Numbered from the stretch's first letter, positions 1-10,785 are shown. The stretch: DNA of 64,000 nucleotides from Thermodesulfobacteriota bacterium (GCA_036340075.1 JAYYZJ010000012.1:123079-187078); one strand, 5' to 3'. The notes: generated from the letters alone by a model not told the origin. Program-made: numbers and translations.

Positions 1-558
1 TGTAATGAAATAATGACAAGATTAAAAATACCATCAGCTCACGTGATTGGTAAATCTATGGGAGGCATGATAGCACAGGTTTTTGCATCAAAGTTCCCGA
101 GAAAAGTAAAAAAATTAGTTTTAGCGTGCACTTGTGCAACAAGAGATGAGGTAAGTAAAGAGATAATATCAATTTCAAAAAAAATGGCATCACAAGTTGG
201 ACTAAAAGAGATTTGGTTTAACGCTTTATTGCTAGGTTATTCCAGAAATTATATTGAAAGGAATTTTAAATTCTACAAAAATTCTATAATTTCAAATACC
301 GAAGAAGAAGTCCAAGGTTATTTGAATCAGTGTAAAGCTATAGAAGGCTTGAACAATATTCATTATCTTAAAAAGATAAAGGCGAAAACTCTTATTATAT
401 ATGGAAAAAATGACTTAATAGTACCGCCAAATAAATCGCTGGAGATGACTAAATATATCAAAAAATCGGAAGTAATCGGTTTTCCTGGTGGACATGGGTT
501 TTGGAAGGAATATAAGTCTATTGTTAACAAAGAAGTTTTGGATTTTTTAATTAATTAG
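1..558 (+). CDS. Alpha/beta-fold hydrolase, 5'-truncated by the window edge
   Basis: Frame is open from base 1; GKSMGG nucleophile elbow, G-x-x-D acid motif (GKND) and C-terminal GH catalytic His. Confidence 0.85.
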   Translation, partial: CNEIMTRLKIPSAHVIGKSMGGMIAQVFASKFPRKVKKLVLACTCATRDEVSKEIISISKKMASQVGLKEIWFNALLLGYSRNYIERNFKFYKNSIISNTEEEVQGYLNQCKAIEGLNNIHYLKKIKAKTLIIYGKNDLIVPPNKSLEMTKYIKKSEVIGFPGGHGFWKEYKSIVNKEVLDFLIN

Positions 559-584
559 ATTAAATTTATTACTAAAGTCCTAAA

Positions 585-1574
585 ATGCTTGATGAAATAT
601 ATATCCAATCATTATTAAAAAAAAGATTCAATTCTAGATCAAATAGTTTTTTGAATGGTATAGGAGATGATGCCGCTGTATGCAATTTACCAAGTGGTAA
701 AATAGTTGTTTCTTGTGACTCACAAGTTGAAAATGTTCATTTCATTAAAAACAAATTTAAACCAGAAGAGATTTCTTTAAGAGCACTAGCAATTGCAGCT
801 AGTGATATTTCTGCAATGGGTGGAAATCCAAAATTTTTTACAAACTCACTTTTTATTCCTAAAGGTACATCAAAAGAATTTATTAATAAAATTTTTACTG
901 GGTTTAAAAAGGCATCAAAGAAATTCAATATTTTATTAATTGGTGGCAATGTATCTCGGTCTAATTCTTTCAAAATAGATATAACTGTTATAGGCGAATT
1001 GAATTCGAAAAAAAAGTACAAAGAAAGAGAGAAATGTAAAAAAGGTGATTATTTATATGTATCTGGAAATATAGGTGACGCAGCGCTTGGCTTAAAGATT
1101 CTTAAAGAAAAGCCATATTATCGATTTACAAATACACAGAAAAAATTGGTCAAGAAATATAAACAACCAAATCCACGAATAGAGCTAGGACTTTTTTTAG
1201 GTAAGTTAGACTATATTACATCAATGATTGACATAACTGATGGTTTATCGATAGACTTAAAACGACTTATTGGTTCAAGAAATAAAAAAAAACTTGGCGC
1301 TGTTCTTTTTTGGGATGATATACCAAAAGCTAAAGAAATAGAGAGACTAAAAAAAAGAAATGATTCTCTTGATTATGTCTTACATGGTGGAGATGATTAT
1401 GAATTAATGTTTACAGTAGATAAAAGATTTTCACTTAAATTCGAAAGATTAGCTAAAGAAAAAAATTTTAAAGTTTCTAGGATTGGGGAAATTAATACAA
1501 GCAACAAGATAATTTTAAATATAGGAGGACAAAATAAAGTTTTAAAACCAAAAGGTTTTATACATAAATTTTAA
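585..1574 (+). CDS. thiL: Thiamine-monophosphate kinase
   Basis: GIGDDAA, SDISAMGG, IDITDGL and GGDDYEL motifs. Confidence 0.95.
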   Translation: MLDEIYIQSLLKKRFNSRSNSFLNGIGDDAAVCNLPSGKIVVSCDSQVENVHFIKNKFKPEEISLRALAIAASDISAMGGNPKFFTNSLFIPKGTSKEFINKIFTGFKKASKKFNILLIGGNVSRSNSFKIDITVIGELNSKKKYKEREKCKKGDYLYVSGNIGDAALGLKILKEKPYYRFTNTQKKLVKKYKQPNPRIELGLFLGKLDYITSMIDITDGLSIDLKRLIGSRNKKKLGAVLFWDDIPKAKEIERLKKRNDSLDYVLHGGDDYELMFTVDKRFSLKFERLAKEKNFKVSRIGEINTSNKIILNIGGQNKVLKPKGFIHKF

Positions 1575-2888
1575 ATGAGCGAATATTATTTTTTTTTGAT
1601 TTTAATGTTTGGTCTAATATTATTATCAGGTTTTTTTTCAATTACTGAAAGTTCTATATTTTCACTCCAACGATATCAGGTAGATTTGATAAAAAAGAAA
1701 TCTTCTGTAGGTAAAATCTTGGAGGAATTTCTTAACAGCCCGGCACCTATTATTGCAACAATTTTGCTTGCGGATGAAATTCTTAATGTAACTATCACGA
1801 GTCTTATAACATCAAAATTAAACCAATTATTTGTAAACAAAATATCAGAAGAATTAATATCTATTGTCACTATTTTTATAGCTTCAATAATAATCCTTAT
1901 TTTTTGTGAAATAATACCAAAAACTATAGGGGTTAAATTTTCTAGGAAGATCTCAACTATTGTTGCTCCTCCAATTTACTTTCTCAACAAACTACTTTTT
2001 CCATTAACATGGTTTTTTGATGGATTATCTAGGTTCTTAATAAAATTGGTAGCTTCAAATGAGAGTACGAATCTTCAAAAACAGAATCAATCAATAAAGA
2101 ACATTCCTAGCCTTATTGATATAGGAGAAGATGAAGGGCTAGTAAAGAAAAGTGAAAGTAGAATAATAGACAACATTTTAAAATTGGAGACTATTAACCT
2201 AGTAAAAATATTGATTCCCGAACCGGATTTATTTTTACTTCCAAGTACTACAACAAGAGAAGAAGCCTTAAAAAAGATTAAAGATAAAGGGTTTTCCAGA
2301 ATACCAATATATGAAGGAGATTCAGACAATATAATAGGAATACTTTATTCAAAAGATCTTCTTAACCATGATTCTTCGGAAATTTTTTCTATCCTTAGAG
2401 AACCTTATTTTGTCTTAGACAAGAAGAATGTATTTGAGTTACTAAGAGAATTACAAAGAATGAAACTACATATGGCTATAGTCATAGATGAATATGGACG
2501 GCTAGAAGGGATAGTTACACTTGAAGATATAATTGAGGAGATTTTTGGAGAAATAGAAGACGAAAAGGATATTGAAGAGAATAAGACAAGTTTTCTTAAC
2601 AAAGTTTTGTACTTTGATGGCGGAACTAGAATTGCTGAATTCAACGATGCTTTCTTATACGGAGTCCTTAGATTTGGGGGCATTAGTAATATATCAAGTG
2701 AAATAACTAAATCATATATATCTGACGATTTAGGGGTTGAAACAATGGGGGGGTATGTCTTTACTCAACTTGGAAGATTGCCAAAAAAAGGAGAATTTAT
2801 TTTAAAAGGAAACATTAAGCTTACGGTTCAAGAAGTTAAAGAAAACCGAATTACACTCATTTCAGCGGAGAGATTTGCTAATGATTAA
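1575..2888 (+). CDS. CNNM/CorB (hemolysin-family) transporter: DUF21 + CBS pair + CorC domain
   Basis: FFSITESS, EIIPK, FSRIPIY and IDEYGRLEGIVTLEDIIEEIFGEI motifs; C-terminal ETMGGYV..LGRLP. Confidence 0.9.
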   Translation: MSEYYFFLILMFGLILLSGFFSITESSIFSLQRYQVDLIKKKSSVGKILEEFLNSPAPIIATILLADEILNVTITSLITSKLNQLFVNKISEELISIVTIFIASIIILIFCEIIPKTIGVKFSRKISTIVAPPIYFLNKLLFPLTWFFDGLSRFLIKLVASNESTNLQKQNQSIKNIPSLIDIGEDEGLVKKSESRIIDNILKLETINLVKILIPEPDLFLLPSTTTREEALKKIKDKGFSRIPIYEGDSDNIIGILYSKDLLNHDSSEIFSILREPYFVLDKKNVFELLRELQRMKLHMAIVIDEYGRLEGIVTLEDIIEEIFGEIEDEKDIEENKTSFLNKVLYFDGGTRIAEFNDAFLYGVLRFGGISNISSEITKSYISDDLGVETMGGYVFTQLGRLPKKGEFILKGNIKLTVQEVKENRITLISAERFAND

Positions 2889-3858
2889 TTTAATTACTTT
2901 GCCAATAATTACTTTAGTCCTTTTATTCCTCCAAGCTATATTCGCAGGTTCTGAAATCTCACTTCTATCTTGCGATAAGGGAATAATAAGATCGAAAGCT
3001 GATCAAGGACTACCTTCAGCCCGATTAGTTATGAATTCTATAGATAAGATAGAAGAATATGTAGCAACGAGTCTGGTAGGAGAGAATCTATGTATTGTTA
3101 TCAATACAGTCTTAGTTTCTTCTTTTATTGAAAAATCATACCCTCAATTCGATCCACATCTTTTGTCGGTTATTATCTTAACACCTTTAATAGTAATCTT
3201 TGGACAGGTTGTCCCTAAATCAATTTTCCAGAATCAGAGCAATGTCCTTGTTTTGAAGACGATATATTTTTCATTAATTTTTAGTTATTTGTTTAAACCT
3301 TTATTGTTTATAGTTAAATTTCTTACAGATATGATTGTAAAAATAATTGGAACTAGGAGCAAGCTAATCACCAGAGAAGAATTAATACATGTGCTAGAAA
3401 CAGGATCTAAGCAGGAGACTTCTTCTAAACAATTTAGAGACAAAATACTAAATAAAATCTTTTTGTTTGATAAAATTACTGTTGCCGAGATTATGATTCC
3501 TATGAAGAAAGTTAAATTTATAGAGCCATCTAAAAAAATAATAGATGCAAAAGAGATAATTAAAAGCACAGGATACTCAAGATTGCCAGTTTATGATTCA
3601 ATTAATAATTCAATTAAAGGAGTATTGCATGCTTTTTATTTGTTGGACGAAAAAGAAAACAATCCTATATATGATTATATTGACAAGTGTTTTTTTGTAG
3701 ATAAAGACTATCTAGTATCTAAATTATTAGATGATTTGAAAGGAGCAAAGCTAAGCATGGCTATTGTTGGAGGGCCAGATAACCCTATGGGAATAGTAAC
3801 AATAGAAGATATATTGGAGGAAGTGTTAGGAGAAATTGAGGATGAGCATGATTCATAG
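2875..3858 (+). CDS. Second CNNM/CorB-family protein (DUF21 + CBS, no CorC domain)
   Basis: FAGSEISL, GQVVPK, GYSRLPVY and GIVTIEDILEEVLGEIEDEHD motifs; true start may be the ATG at 2882. Confidence 0.88.
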   Translation: MLMINLITLPIITLVLLFLQAIFAGSEISLLSCDKGIIRSKADQGLPSARLVMNSIDKIEEYVATSLVGENLCIVINTVLVSSFIEKSYPQFDPHLLSVIILTPLIVIFGQVVPKSIFQNQSNVLVLKTIYFSLIFSYLFKPLLFIVKFLTDMIVKIIGTRSKLITREELIHVLETGSKQETSSKQFRDKILNKIFLFDKITVAEIMIPMKKVKFIEPSKKIIDAKEIIKSTGYSRLPVYDSINNSIKGVLHAFYLLDEKENNPIYDYIDKCFFVDKDYLVSKLLDDLKGAKLSMAIVGGPDNPMGIVTIEDILEEVLGEIEDEHDS

Positions 3859-3864
3859 GTCTAA

Positions 3865-3893
3865 TTGAATATTAATATTTTTTCGTTTAACAT
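3865..3893 (+). promoter_or_regulatory. Sigma70-type promoter directly upstream of hisB (leaderless geometry)
   Basis: TTGAAT(3865)-17 bp-TAACAT(3888), then 6 nt to the ATG; no SD. Confidence 0.55.
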
Positions 3894-3899
3894 CAGAAT

Positions 3900-4487
3900 A
3901 TGAGCAGAAGTGCAAAAATAGAAAGAAAGACGAGTGAAGTAGACGTAGTAGTAAATCTTGATATAGACGGTACCGGCAAATATGATATTGATACCGGAGT
4001 ACCTTTTTTTGACCATATGTTGGAACAGTTGTCTAAGCACGGATATTTTGATTTAAATATACGAGCAAAAGGTGATACAGAAATTGATTTTCACCATACA
4101 GTTGAAGATGTAGGGATTGCTATAGGTCAAGCTTTTGATAAAGCACTTGGAGATAGAAAATCGATAACTCGATATGGATCTAGCACCGTACCTTTTGATG
4201 AGACACTCTCTAATTCCCATATTGATTTAAGCGGAAGACCTTATTTTGTCTTTGATGTTAAGCTGGATAATTCAAAAGTAGGAGATTTTGATGTTGAATT
4301 AGCAAAAGAATTTTTTCAATCTCTAACGAATAACCTTAAAGCTAATATACATATCGAATTAAAATACGGAAGCAACAATCATCATATTATCGAATCAATC
4401 TTTAAATCGGTAGGCAAATCACTTGATGTGGCAACCAGCTTAGATTTGAGATCAAATTCAGTACCTTCAACAAAAGGCAATCTTTAA
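3900..4487 (+). CDS. hisB: Imidazoleglycerol-phosphate dehydratase
   Basis: FFDHML, DFHHTVED, NNHHIIES and PSTKG motifs. Confidence 0.97.
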   Translation: MSRSAKIERKTSEVDVVVNLDIDGTGKYDIDTGVPFFDHMLEQLSKHGYFDLNIRAKGDTEIDFHHTVEDVGIAIGQAFDKALGDRKSITRYGSSTVPFDETLSNSHIDLSGRPYFVFDVKLDNSKVGDFDVELAKEFFQSLTNNLKANIHIELKYGSNNHHIIESIFKSVGKSLDVATSLDLRSNSVPSTKGNL

Positions 4488-5098
4488 TGATAGCAATAAT
4501 AGACTACGGATTTGGCAATCTGCAATCTGTAAAAAAGGCTTTATCCTTACTTAATTATGAATCGGTAATTACAAGTTCTCCCGAAGTAATTAATTCCGCA
4601 AACTCAATTATTTTTCCAGGCGTTGGAGCATTTGGAGACTGTATTGCAAACTTGCATGAGAAGAATTTGTTTGAAACGCTGAAAAATTGTATTAAGGGAG
4701 GAAAGCCCTTTTTGGGTATATGCTTAGGATTGCAAATTCTTTTTGAGGGAAGCGATGAGAGTCCTCAAGCTGAAGGGTTATCTATTTTTAAGGGGAATAT
4801 AGATAGAATTAATTTTAATCAAAACAAATTAAAGGTTCCTCATATGGGCTGGAATCAAATTGAAATTACTAAGAATTCTAATATTTTTCAAGGAGTTGAA
4901 AATTTATCTTGGCTATATTTTGTTCACTCTTATAAATTAAATATAGGCATTGATATTGCTGATTCTGTTTCTAACTATGGAGACAAGTTTGTTTCCTCGA
5001 TTAGTTTTGAAAATATATACGCAACTCAGTTTCATCCAGAGAAAAGTAGCACGGTAGGATTACAAATTTTAGATAATTTTTCTAAAATTAGCTCATAA
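4487..5098 (+). CDS. hisH: Imidazole glycerol phosphate synthase glutaminase subunit
   Basis: IDYGFGNL, PGVGAF, GICLGLQ, PHMGWN and QFHPEKS motifs. Confidence 0.97.
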   Translation: MIAIIDYGFGNLQSVKKALSLLNYESVITSSPEVINSANSIIFPGVGAFGDCIANLHEKNLFETLKNCIKGGKPFLGICLGLQILFEGSDESPQAEGLSIFKGNIDRINFNQNKLKVPHMGWNQIEITKNSNIFQGVENLSWLYFVHSYKLNIGIDIADSVSNYGDKFVSSISFENIYATQFHPEKSSTVGLQILDNFSKISS

Positions 5099-5103
5099 AA
5101 AGA

Positions 5104-7056
5104 CTATTCAATAGACATATAATAGTAATAACTTCTCAAAACTCTTTTTACGTATCCATGGGTTTCTTTAAATGGAATGCTCTCTACGAGCTCATCATCA
5201 TCAAGTCCTTCGAATCGAACTAGCCATTTTTTTACATTTGCAGGACCACCATTGTATGCAGCGATAGCTAAAAATAGATTGCCATCAAAATCGTCTATTA
5301 GTTTAGAGAGATAATAAGTTCCCAGCTTAATGTTTATATTGGAGTTGTAAGTAGATTGAGTAGTCTTAATTTTTAATTCTTTTTTTATTTTCTCTGCAGT
5401 AGCTGGCATTAACTGCATTAATCCCATTGCACCTACTCTTGAAGTAGCGCTAGGGTCAAATAAACTTTCTTCTCTAATTAGTCCTAAAATTAAATTCTTG
5501 TTAACTCCAAAGTTTTCAGAGTTAGTTTTAATTTTACGAGTGAACGCTTTTGGATATCTATATTGGGTTTTGGATGGATATGAATAAGATAACCTTACAA
5601 GCATATTAAATTCCTTGATTGATTCTAAAGCATTAAAATAATCTGAAAAATTTGTACTATTTATTCTTTTCTTTATATAACTACTTACTTCTCTTCGGGA
5701 TTTATTGTTAGCCTTTGAAAGACGCAGTAATTTGATTTGATCTTTCAACTTATTGCTTATTCCTTTGGATAATAGATATTCTTCTTTACTTTTTGGTTTG
5801 ATACCTAATTTAATTGAAGCTAGATATGGATAATACCCAACTTTGTAATTATCAAAAAGTTTAGTAAAAATATTTCTCGCTCTTTGAATATCGCCAATTT
5901 TTTCTAAAGATCTTGCTTTCCAATAAAGACCTTTTGCTTGATAATAAATCTTGTCTGAGCGTTCCAATGTTGAAAAATAATTAATAGCTTGTTCATAATT
6001 TTCTAGCATGTATTCAGACCATCCCATGCCCCAGAAAGCATCATTTAAATAGTCTTGCGATTTCGTCTTTATAAGCCATTCGTATACCCCTTTTGATTTT
6101 GTATGATTCTTATCTAAAGTGAATAATCTTGCAGCCAAGTAGGCAGCATCTTTATTTTTACTGAAATTCGGATATTTCTTCAAAATTAATTGCAAATTAT
6201 TAGCAATAATTGAGTTATCTTTTGACATCTTTAAATCATCTAGAGAGAGTTGATATAGCGCTTCAGCCTTTGCTTCTAAATCTTTTGAGTCCGAGCCAGT
6301 TGAACTAAAATCCCCCTTGGATATGGCAATCAGAAGGATTCTTCCCTCTTTTCTTTGTTTTTTTCTAAGTTTGATTATTGCCTGCTTAATTTTTATATCA
6401 GGAGAATTTATTTTTTTCGCTTCTAAAATAAATTGACTATACATTCTCTTTTTAAATAGAGAGTTTAATCTCGAAATCGAATCCTTTTGTTTTATTTCTT
6501 TTTTTAATTTTTTTGAAAGAGAAGATACTTTTTTACTTACTAGTTTTGATCTATACGAAGGATTCTTAATCCAAATCTCTTTGAATAATCTAAATGCTTT
6601 GTCCTCATCGCCAAGCTTCTCCGAGTTTCTCGCAAGGATATATTTAAATTTCATCTTATCGGTAGAATCTAACTTATACCTTTCACGTATTTTTTTCAGA
6701 TGTGTACGTAGAATAGTATAGGACTTTTTTGCATACATTCTTTCTGCTTCAATAAGCTGAACTTTTGGCATTAAAATCGAATCGTTGTGATTAAATTCAA
6801 ATTTTCTAATCTCATTTTTAATTTGTTTTAATTTTAATTCTCTATACGAAAGAAGTTTTATCTTTCTATATAGAAGAAAATCCTCAATATCTTTATATTT
6901 AGAAAGTTTATTCAAACTCTCAATTGCCATTTTATAGTTCTTATTTTTTTCGTAACAATAAGAGTTGTAAAGATGATTCTTGCTGTTGCCACATGAAGTA
7001 TCAGCAATTCCACTAGAAGTAATTAACAAGAATATAATTAATAAATATTTCTTCAT
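5104..7056 (-). CDS. slt: Soluble lytic murein transglycosylase (Slt70-like, TPR repeats + SLT domain)
   Basis: Signal peptide, TPR-like helices, REES..GAMGLMQLMPATA, AAYNGGP and ETHGYV motifs. Confidence 0.9.
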   Translation of the reverse strand: MKKYLLIIFLLITSSGIADTSCGNSKNHLYNSYCYEKNKNYKMAIESLNKLSKYKDIEDFLLYRKIKLLSYRELKLKQIKNEIRKFEFNHNDSILMPKVQLIEAERMYAKKSYTILRTHLKKIRERYKLDSTDKMKFKYILARNSEKLGDEDKAFRLFKEIWIKNPSYRSKLVSKKVSSLSKKLKKEIKQKDSISRLNSLFKKRMYSQFILEAKKINSPDIKIKQAIIKLRKKQRKEGRILLIAISKGDFSSTGSDSKDLEAKAEALYQLSLDDLKMSKDNSIIANNLQLILKKYPNFSKNKDAAYLAARLFTLDKNHTKSKGVYEWLIKTKSQDYLNDAFWGMGWSEYMLENYEQAINYFSTLERSDKIYYQAKGLYWKARSLEKIGDIQRARNIFTKLFDNYKVGYYPYLASIKLGIKPKSKEEYLLSKGISNKLKDQIKLLRLSKANNKSRREVSSYIKKRINSTNFSDYFNALESIKEFNMLVRLSYSYPSKTQYRYPKAFTRKIKTNSENFGVNKNLILGLIREESLFDPSATSRVGAMGLMQLMPATAEKIKKELKIKTTQSTYNSNINIKLGTYYLSKLIDDFDGNLFLAIAAYNGGPANVKKWLVRFEGLDDDELVESIPFKETHGYVKRVLRSYYYYMSIE

Positions 7057-7854
7057 CTAACTTATACTTTTTAATTTATCCCCTATTCTAAGAAATGTGA
7101 TTGTAGAAATAAATATTGCTAAGCAAGGAAAAATTATTAAATGAGGATAGCTTCTTATTCCCTCCCATGCGTTGTTTGCCATTAAGCCCCAGCTTACATT
7201 TGGTGGTGATATCCCTAGACCTAAAAAGCTGAGTGTCGATTCAGCTAAAATTACCGAAGGTATTGTAAATGTAAATGTAACAACTAGAGGTGCAACAATG
7301 TTTGGTAGCATGTCTTTCATTATAATACGCATATCACTAAATCCCATAACTTTTGAACTTAATATGAATGGCCGATTCTTGAGTTCCAATACTGTTGCTC
7401 TGGATATTCGCGCTACCCTCATCCAGCTTAATAGAGATAAAGCTATTGTGATTCCCAATATTCCTTTGCCAAAAATCAGAACAAAAATTGATATTAGAAG
7501 TAAATCTGGAATAGAATAAAAAACATCGACAATTTTCATTAAGGCTTCATCCAGTATTCCACCCTTAATTCCCGATATCGAACCATACAAAGTTCCAAAA
7601 ACTAGTGCTATAAGAGATGTAAATACAGCAATAGATATCGATATCCTCGTTCCAAAGATTACTCTGCTTAAAATATCTCTTCCTAGTTCGTCGGTGCCAA
7701 ATAGATGCTGAGACGATGGAGTTTGTAAAATATTATCAAAATCTGATTTTGTAGGAGAATAAGGAGCAAAGTATTCGGGAATCAATGAAAACAGGAAAAG
7801 AACAAATAGTATTAATACAAAAAATAAATTACTTATTGTATTCAGCTTCAACAA
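7057..7854 (-). CDS. Peptide ABC transporter permease (OppC/DppC family)
   Basis: HLFGTDELGRDILSR and AESTLSFLGLG motifs; TTG start overlaps queF, so the exact start is uncertain. Confidence 0.9.
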   Translation of the reverse strand: MLKLNTISNLFFVLILFVLFLFSLIPEYFAPYSPTKSDFDNILQTPSSQHLFGTDELGRDILSRVIFGTRISISIAVFTSLIALVFGTLYGSISGIKGGILDEALMKIVDVFYSIPDLLLISIFVLIFGKGILGITIALSLLSWMRVARISRATVLELKNRPFILSSKVMGFSDMRIIMKDMLPNIVAPLVVTFTFTIPSVILAESTLSFLGLGISPPNVSWGLMANNAWEGIRSYPHLIIFPCLAIFISTITFLRIGDKLKSIS

Positions 7855-8167
7855 CTGTTTTTATTCCTCCTCTTACATTAAAATCCGCAGTGATATAGGC
7901 GTGTTTTGGTTTGCAAGCCTCAACAAAATCGTCCAATATTTTATTTGCAACATGTTCATGAAATTCACCTAGATTTCTATAAGAAAACATATACAACTTA
8001 AACGACTTTAGTTCTATACAAAGTTTGTTAGGTATATATGTAATCTTGATTGTTCCAAAATCTGGTTGACCAGTTTTAGGACATAATGAAGTAAATTCAG
8101 GACAAGTTATATTAATTGTATAGTCTCGACCCTTTACTTTATTAGGGAAAGTCTCTAGTTTACTCAT
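7829..8167 (-). CDS. queF: NADPH-dependent preQ0 reductase (short, unimodular QueF)
   Basis: PEFTSLCPKTGQPDFG and ELKSFKLY QueF motifs; RGGI near the C-terminus. Confidence 0.95.
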   Translation of the reverse strand: MSKLETFPNKVKGRDYTINITCPEFTSLCPKTGQPDFGTIKITYIPNKLCIELKSFKLYMFSYRNLGEFHEHVANKILDDFVEACKPKHAYITADFNVRGGIKTVVEAEYNK

Positions 8168-8216
8168 TAAGTAATTTTAAACAAGTAATTATTAAGCTCA
8201 AGCATAATAAAATTAA

Positions 8217-9599
8217 TTAAATCTTTGATAATAGCTTTTTAGATTGGCTAATCATTTTTCTTACATTAGACTTTGAGGTTCCACCGTATGATTTCTTTGA
8301 TTCCACTGAAGAATTAATTGAAATAAATTTATATATATCTTGTTCAATCAATTTAGAAAATTTTTTAAAATCCTGAAGACTTACCTCTGTGAGTTTTAAA
8401 TTTCTTTTTTCACAATAGGAGACTATTTTCCCGGTAATTCTATGTGCTTCTCTGAAAGGAATATCTTTTTTAGTTAAATAGTCTGCCAAATCTGTGGCTG
8501 TAAGATAGCCTAAATCTAGGCTTCTAACTATTGATTCAGGATTGAATTTAATCGAAGTCAAAATTTCACTAAACATTTCAACGCATTCATTTGTTGTTTT
8601 TAGAGATACAAAAAGAGGAGATTTGTCTTCTTGAAGGTCTCTATTGTATGTCAAAGGAAGGCCTTTTAGGTTGGTTAATAAGTTCATTAGATTTCCATAC
8701 GTCAAGCCAGTCCTTCCTCTTATTAGCTCAAGAATATCAGGATTCTTCTTTTGAGGCATAATGCTCGAGCCAGTTGTATATTGATCGTCAATATCTATAA
8801 ATCCAAATTCTGAGCTATGCCAGATAACTAAATCTTCAGAGAATCTGGAAAGATGCATCATTGTCATTGCACAACAATATATTGCGTCTACTATAAAATC
8901 TCTATCGCTTACTGAATCAAGACTGTTCCTTGTTGGCGCTCTAAACCCCAGCTTTTTTGTTGTATAGAGCCTGTCTATTTTAAAAGATGTTCCAGCACCT
9001 GCACAGGAACCCAAAGGGTTCTCGTCTATTCTATAAAGTGCATTGTTGATTCTATCCAAATCTCTTTTAAACATTTCAAAGAAAGCCAATAAATAATGTG
9101 ACAACAAAATAGGTTGGGCACTTTGAAGATGAGTGTAGAAAGGAAAAATTAAATCTATATTAATTTCAGACTTTTTTAAAATTTTCTTTTCTAAAGATAT
9201 AATGTTTTTTTTAAGTAAACTTAAATTGTCTTTAGTAAATAATTTTACATCTGTAACAACCTGATCATTTCTGCTTCTCGCTGTGTGGACTTTTTTTCCA
9301 ACATTTCCTATTTTTTTTGTAATAGCGTCTTCTATGTTCATATGAACATCTTCAAGCTCAACTTTAAAATTAAAGTTATTTTTATCAATCTGTCTTTTTA
9401 CTTGATTTAATGCTTTAATGATTTTTGTTTTATCTTTTGAGGAAATTATCTTGTTTTTTGATAGCATCTCTACATGAGCAATAGAGCCTTTGATGTCATA
9501 AGCGTACAAATCTTTATCTACTTCCAACGAGGATGTAAAAATTTCAACTTTTTCATTATTCCCTTTCTTAAATCTTCCGCCCCAAATTTTTTTACTCAT
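8217..9599 (-). CDS. argH: Argininosuccinate lyase
   Basis: WGGRF, HTARSRNDQ, GSSIMPQKKNPD and YNRDLQEDK motifs. Confidence 0.97.
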   Translation of the reverse strand: MSKKIWGGRFKKGNNEKVEIFTSSLEVDKDLYAYDIKGSIAHVEMLSKNKIISSKDKTKIIKALNQVKRQIDKNNFNFKVELEDVHMNIEDAITKKIGNVGKKVHTARSRNDQVVTDVKLFTKDNLSLLKKNIISLEKKILKKSEINIDLIFPFYTHLQSAQPILLSHYLLAFFEMFKRDLDRINNALYRIDENPLGSCAGAGTSFKIDRLYTTKKLGFRAPTRNSLDSVSDRDFIVDAIYCCAMTMMHLSRFSEDLVIWHSSEFGFIDIDDQYTTGSSIMPQKKNPDILELIRGRTGLTYGNLMNLLTNLKGLPLTYNRDLQEDKSPLFVSLKTTNECVEMFSEILTSIKFNPESIVRSLDLGYLTATDLADYLTKKDIPFREAHRITGKIVSYCEKRNLKLTEVSLQDFKKFSKLIEQDIYKFISINSSVESKKSYGGTSKSNVRKMISQSKKLLSKI

Positions 9600-9652
9600 T
9601 TGAAGAATATAAAATATATATACTTCTAAAACAAATACCTATGGGAAAATTA

Positions 9653-10726
9653 TTAGTCTTTTGTTAAATGAATAGTTTTTGTAGGATAGGCGAAATCAAG
9701 ACCTTCTTTCTTAAAAACCTCAAAGATTTTTAGCCTTATATTGTGATTAACTTCAATGTATTGAGGATAGTCAGGACTTAATACATCATAAACAAGTTCA
9801 TAATTTAAGGAGAAATCAGCAAATTCAACAAAACTAGCTCTTACATAATTAGCATTGTCGGCTTCATCTACTATCTTTTCCAAGATATCTCGAACTTGGC
9901 TTAACTGTTCATAGCTAGTTTCATATACTAGGCCCAACATTATAGTTGTCCTTCTTTTTTGCATCCTTTGTTTTTCGAAATTACGAAGTCTACTATTTAA
10001 TAAATCAGAATTTGATATGATAATCTCTTCACCAGTTAGACTTTCAATTTTAGTGCTTTTAATACCAATAGATTTTACAGTTCCCATATAGTTATCAACA
10101 ACAATATAGTCTCCTATGGCAATTGGTTTATCGATCATTATTGTTAGAGATGCAAACAAATCTCCTAGGATACTTTGCGCTGCTAAGGCAATTGCGAGGC
10201 CTCCTATTCCTAGCCCTGCTACTAAGGCAGTAATATCAACACCTAGGTTGTCTAAAGCTAGCATTAAGAAAATTAGCCATATAGCAAACTTAGTAATAGC
10301 AGACACTCCATTAATTGCTGTTACACCATGCATGTCTTGTTTATCTGTCTTTATATTTTTGTATTTGGAAAAAAGTTTATTAGCTAGAATAATCGCCCAT
10401 TTGGTTAATTGCCAAAAGACGACCAATAAAAAAACCGTATCTATTGTTTCTGATATATATTTACCAAGGAAGATTATCTTAGATGTAATAAAAATAGAGA
10501 AAATAAGGATAAAAATCGGCGATATAGATGAAAAAATTTCATATATATAGTCATCGATATTATTAGTTGTTTTTTGAGATAATTTGAAGAGCCTTTTTTC
10601 TACAAAATGCTTTATAAATCTCATGAATAAAAATAGGGCTACACTTAATACAAGTGTTGCTACCCATATTTCGATTAGATTATCAAGCAGGATTAAATCA
10701 GATAAATCTTTATTCCAGAATCTCAT
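9653..10726 (-). CDS. Small-conductance mechanosensitive channel (MscS family)
   Basis: LGIGGLAIALAAQ, DKPIAIGD, IGIKST and FAYPT motifs. Confidence 0.93.
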   Translation of the reverse strand: MRFWNKDLSDLILLDNLIEIWVATLVLSVALFLFMRFIKHFVEKRLFKLSQKTTNNIDDYIYEIFSSISPIFILIFSIFITSKIIFLGKYISETIDTVFLLVVFWQLTKWAIILANKLFSKYKNIKTDKQDMHGVTAINGVSAITKFAIWLIFLMLALDNLGVDITALVAGLGIGGLAIALAAQSILGDLFASLTIMIDKPIAIGDYIVVDNYMGTVKSIGIKSTKIESLTGEEIIISNSDLLNSRLRNFEKQRMQKRRTTIMLGLVYETSYEQLSQVRDILEKIVDEADNANYVRASFVEFADFSLNYELVYDVLSPDYPQYIEVNHNIRLKIFEVFKKEGLDFAYPTKTIHLTKD

Positions 10727-10785
10727 ACAATTTATATTATATCAAAATGAATATATTTAAAATAATTGGTTAGTCTTGTATTAAT

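Noticed and set aside
8168..8216. Possible preQ1 riboswitch upstream of queF
   Set aside because: Only 49 AT-rich bases, with no preQ1 stem or A-rich pseudoknot tail; the region reads better as a promoter.
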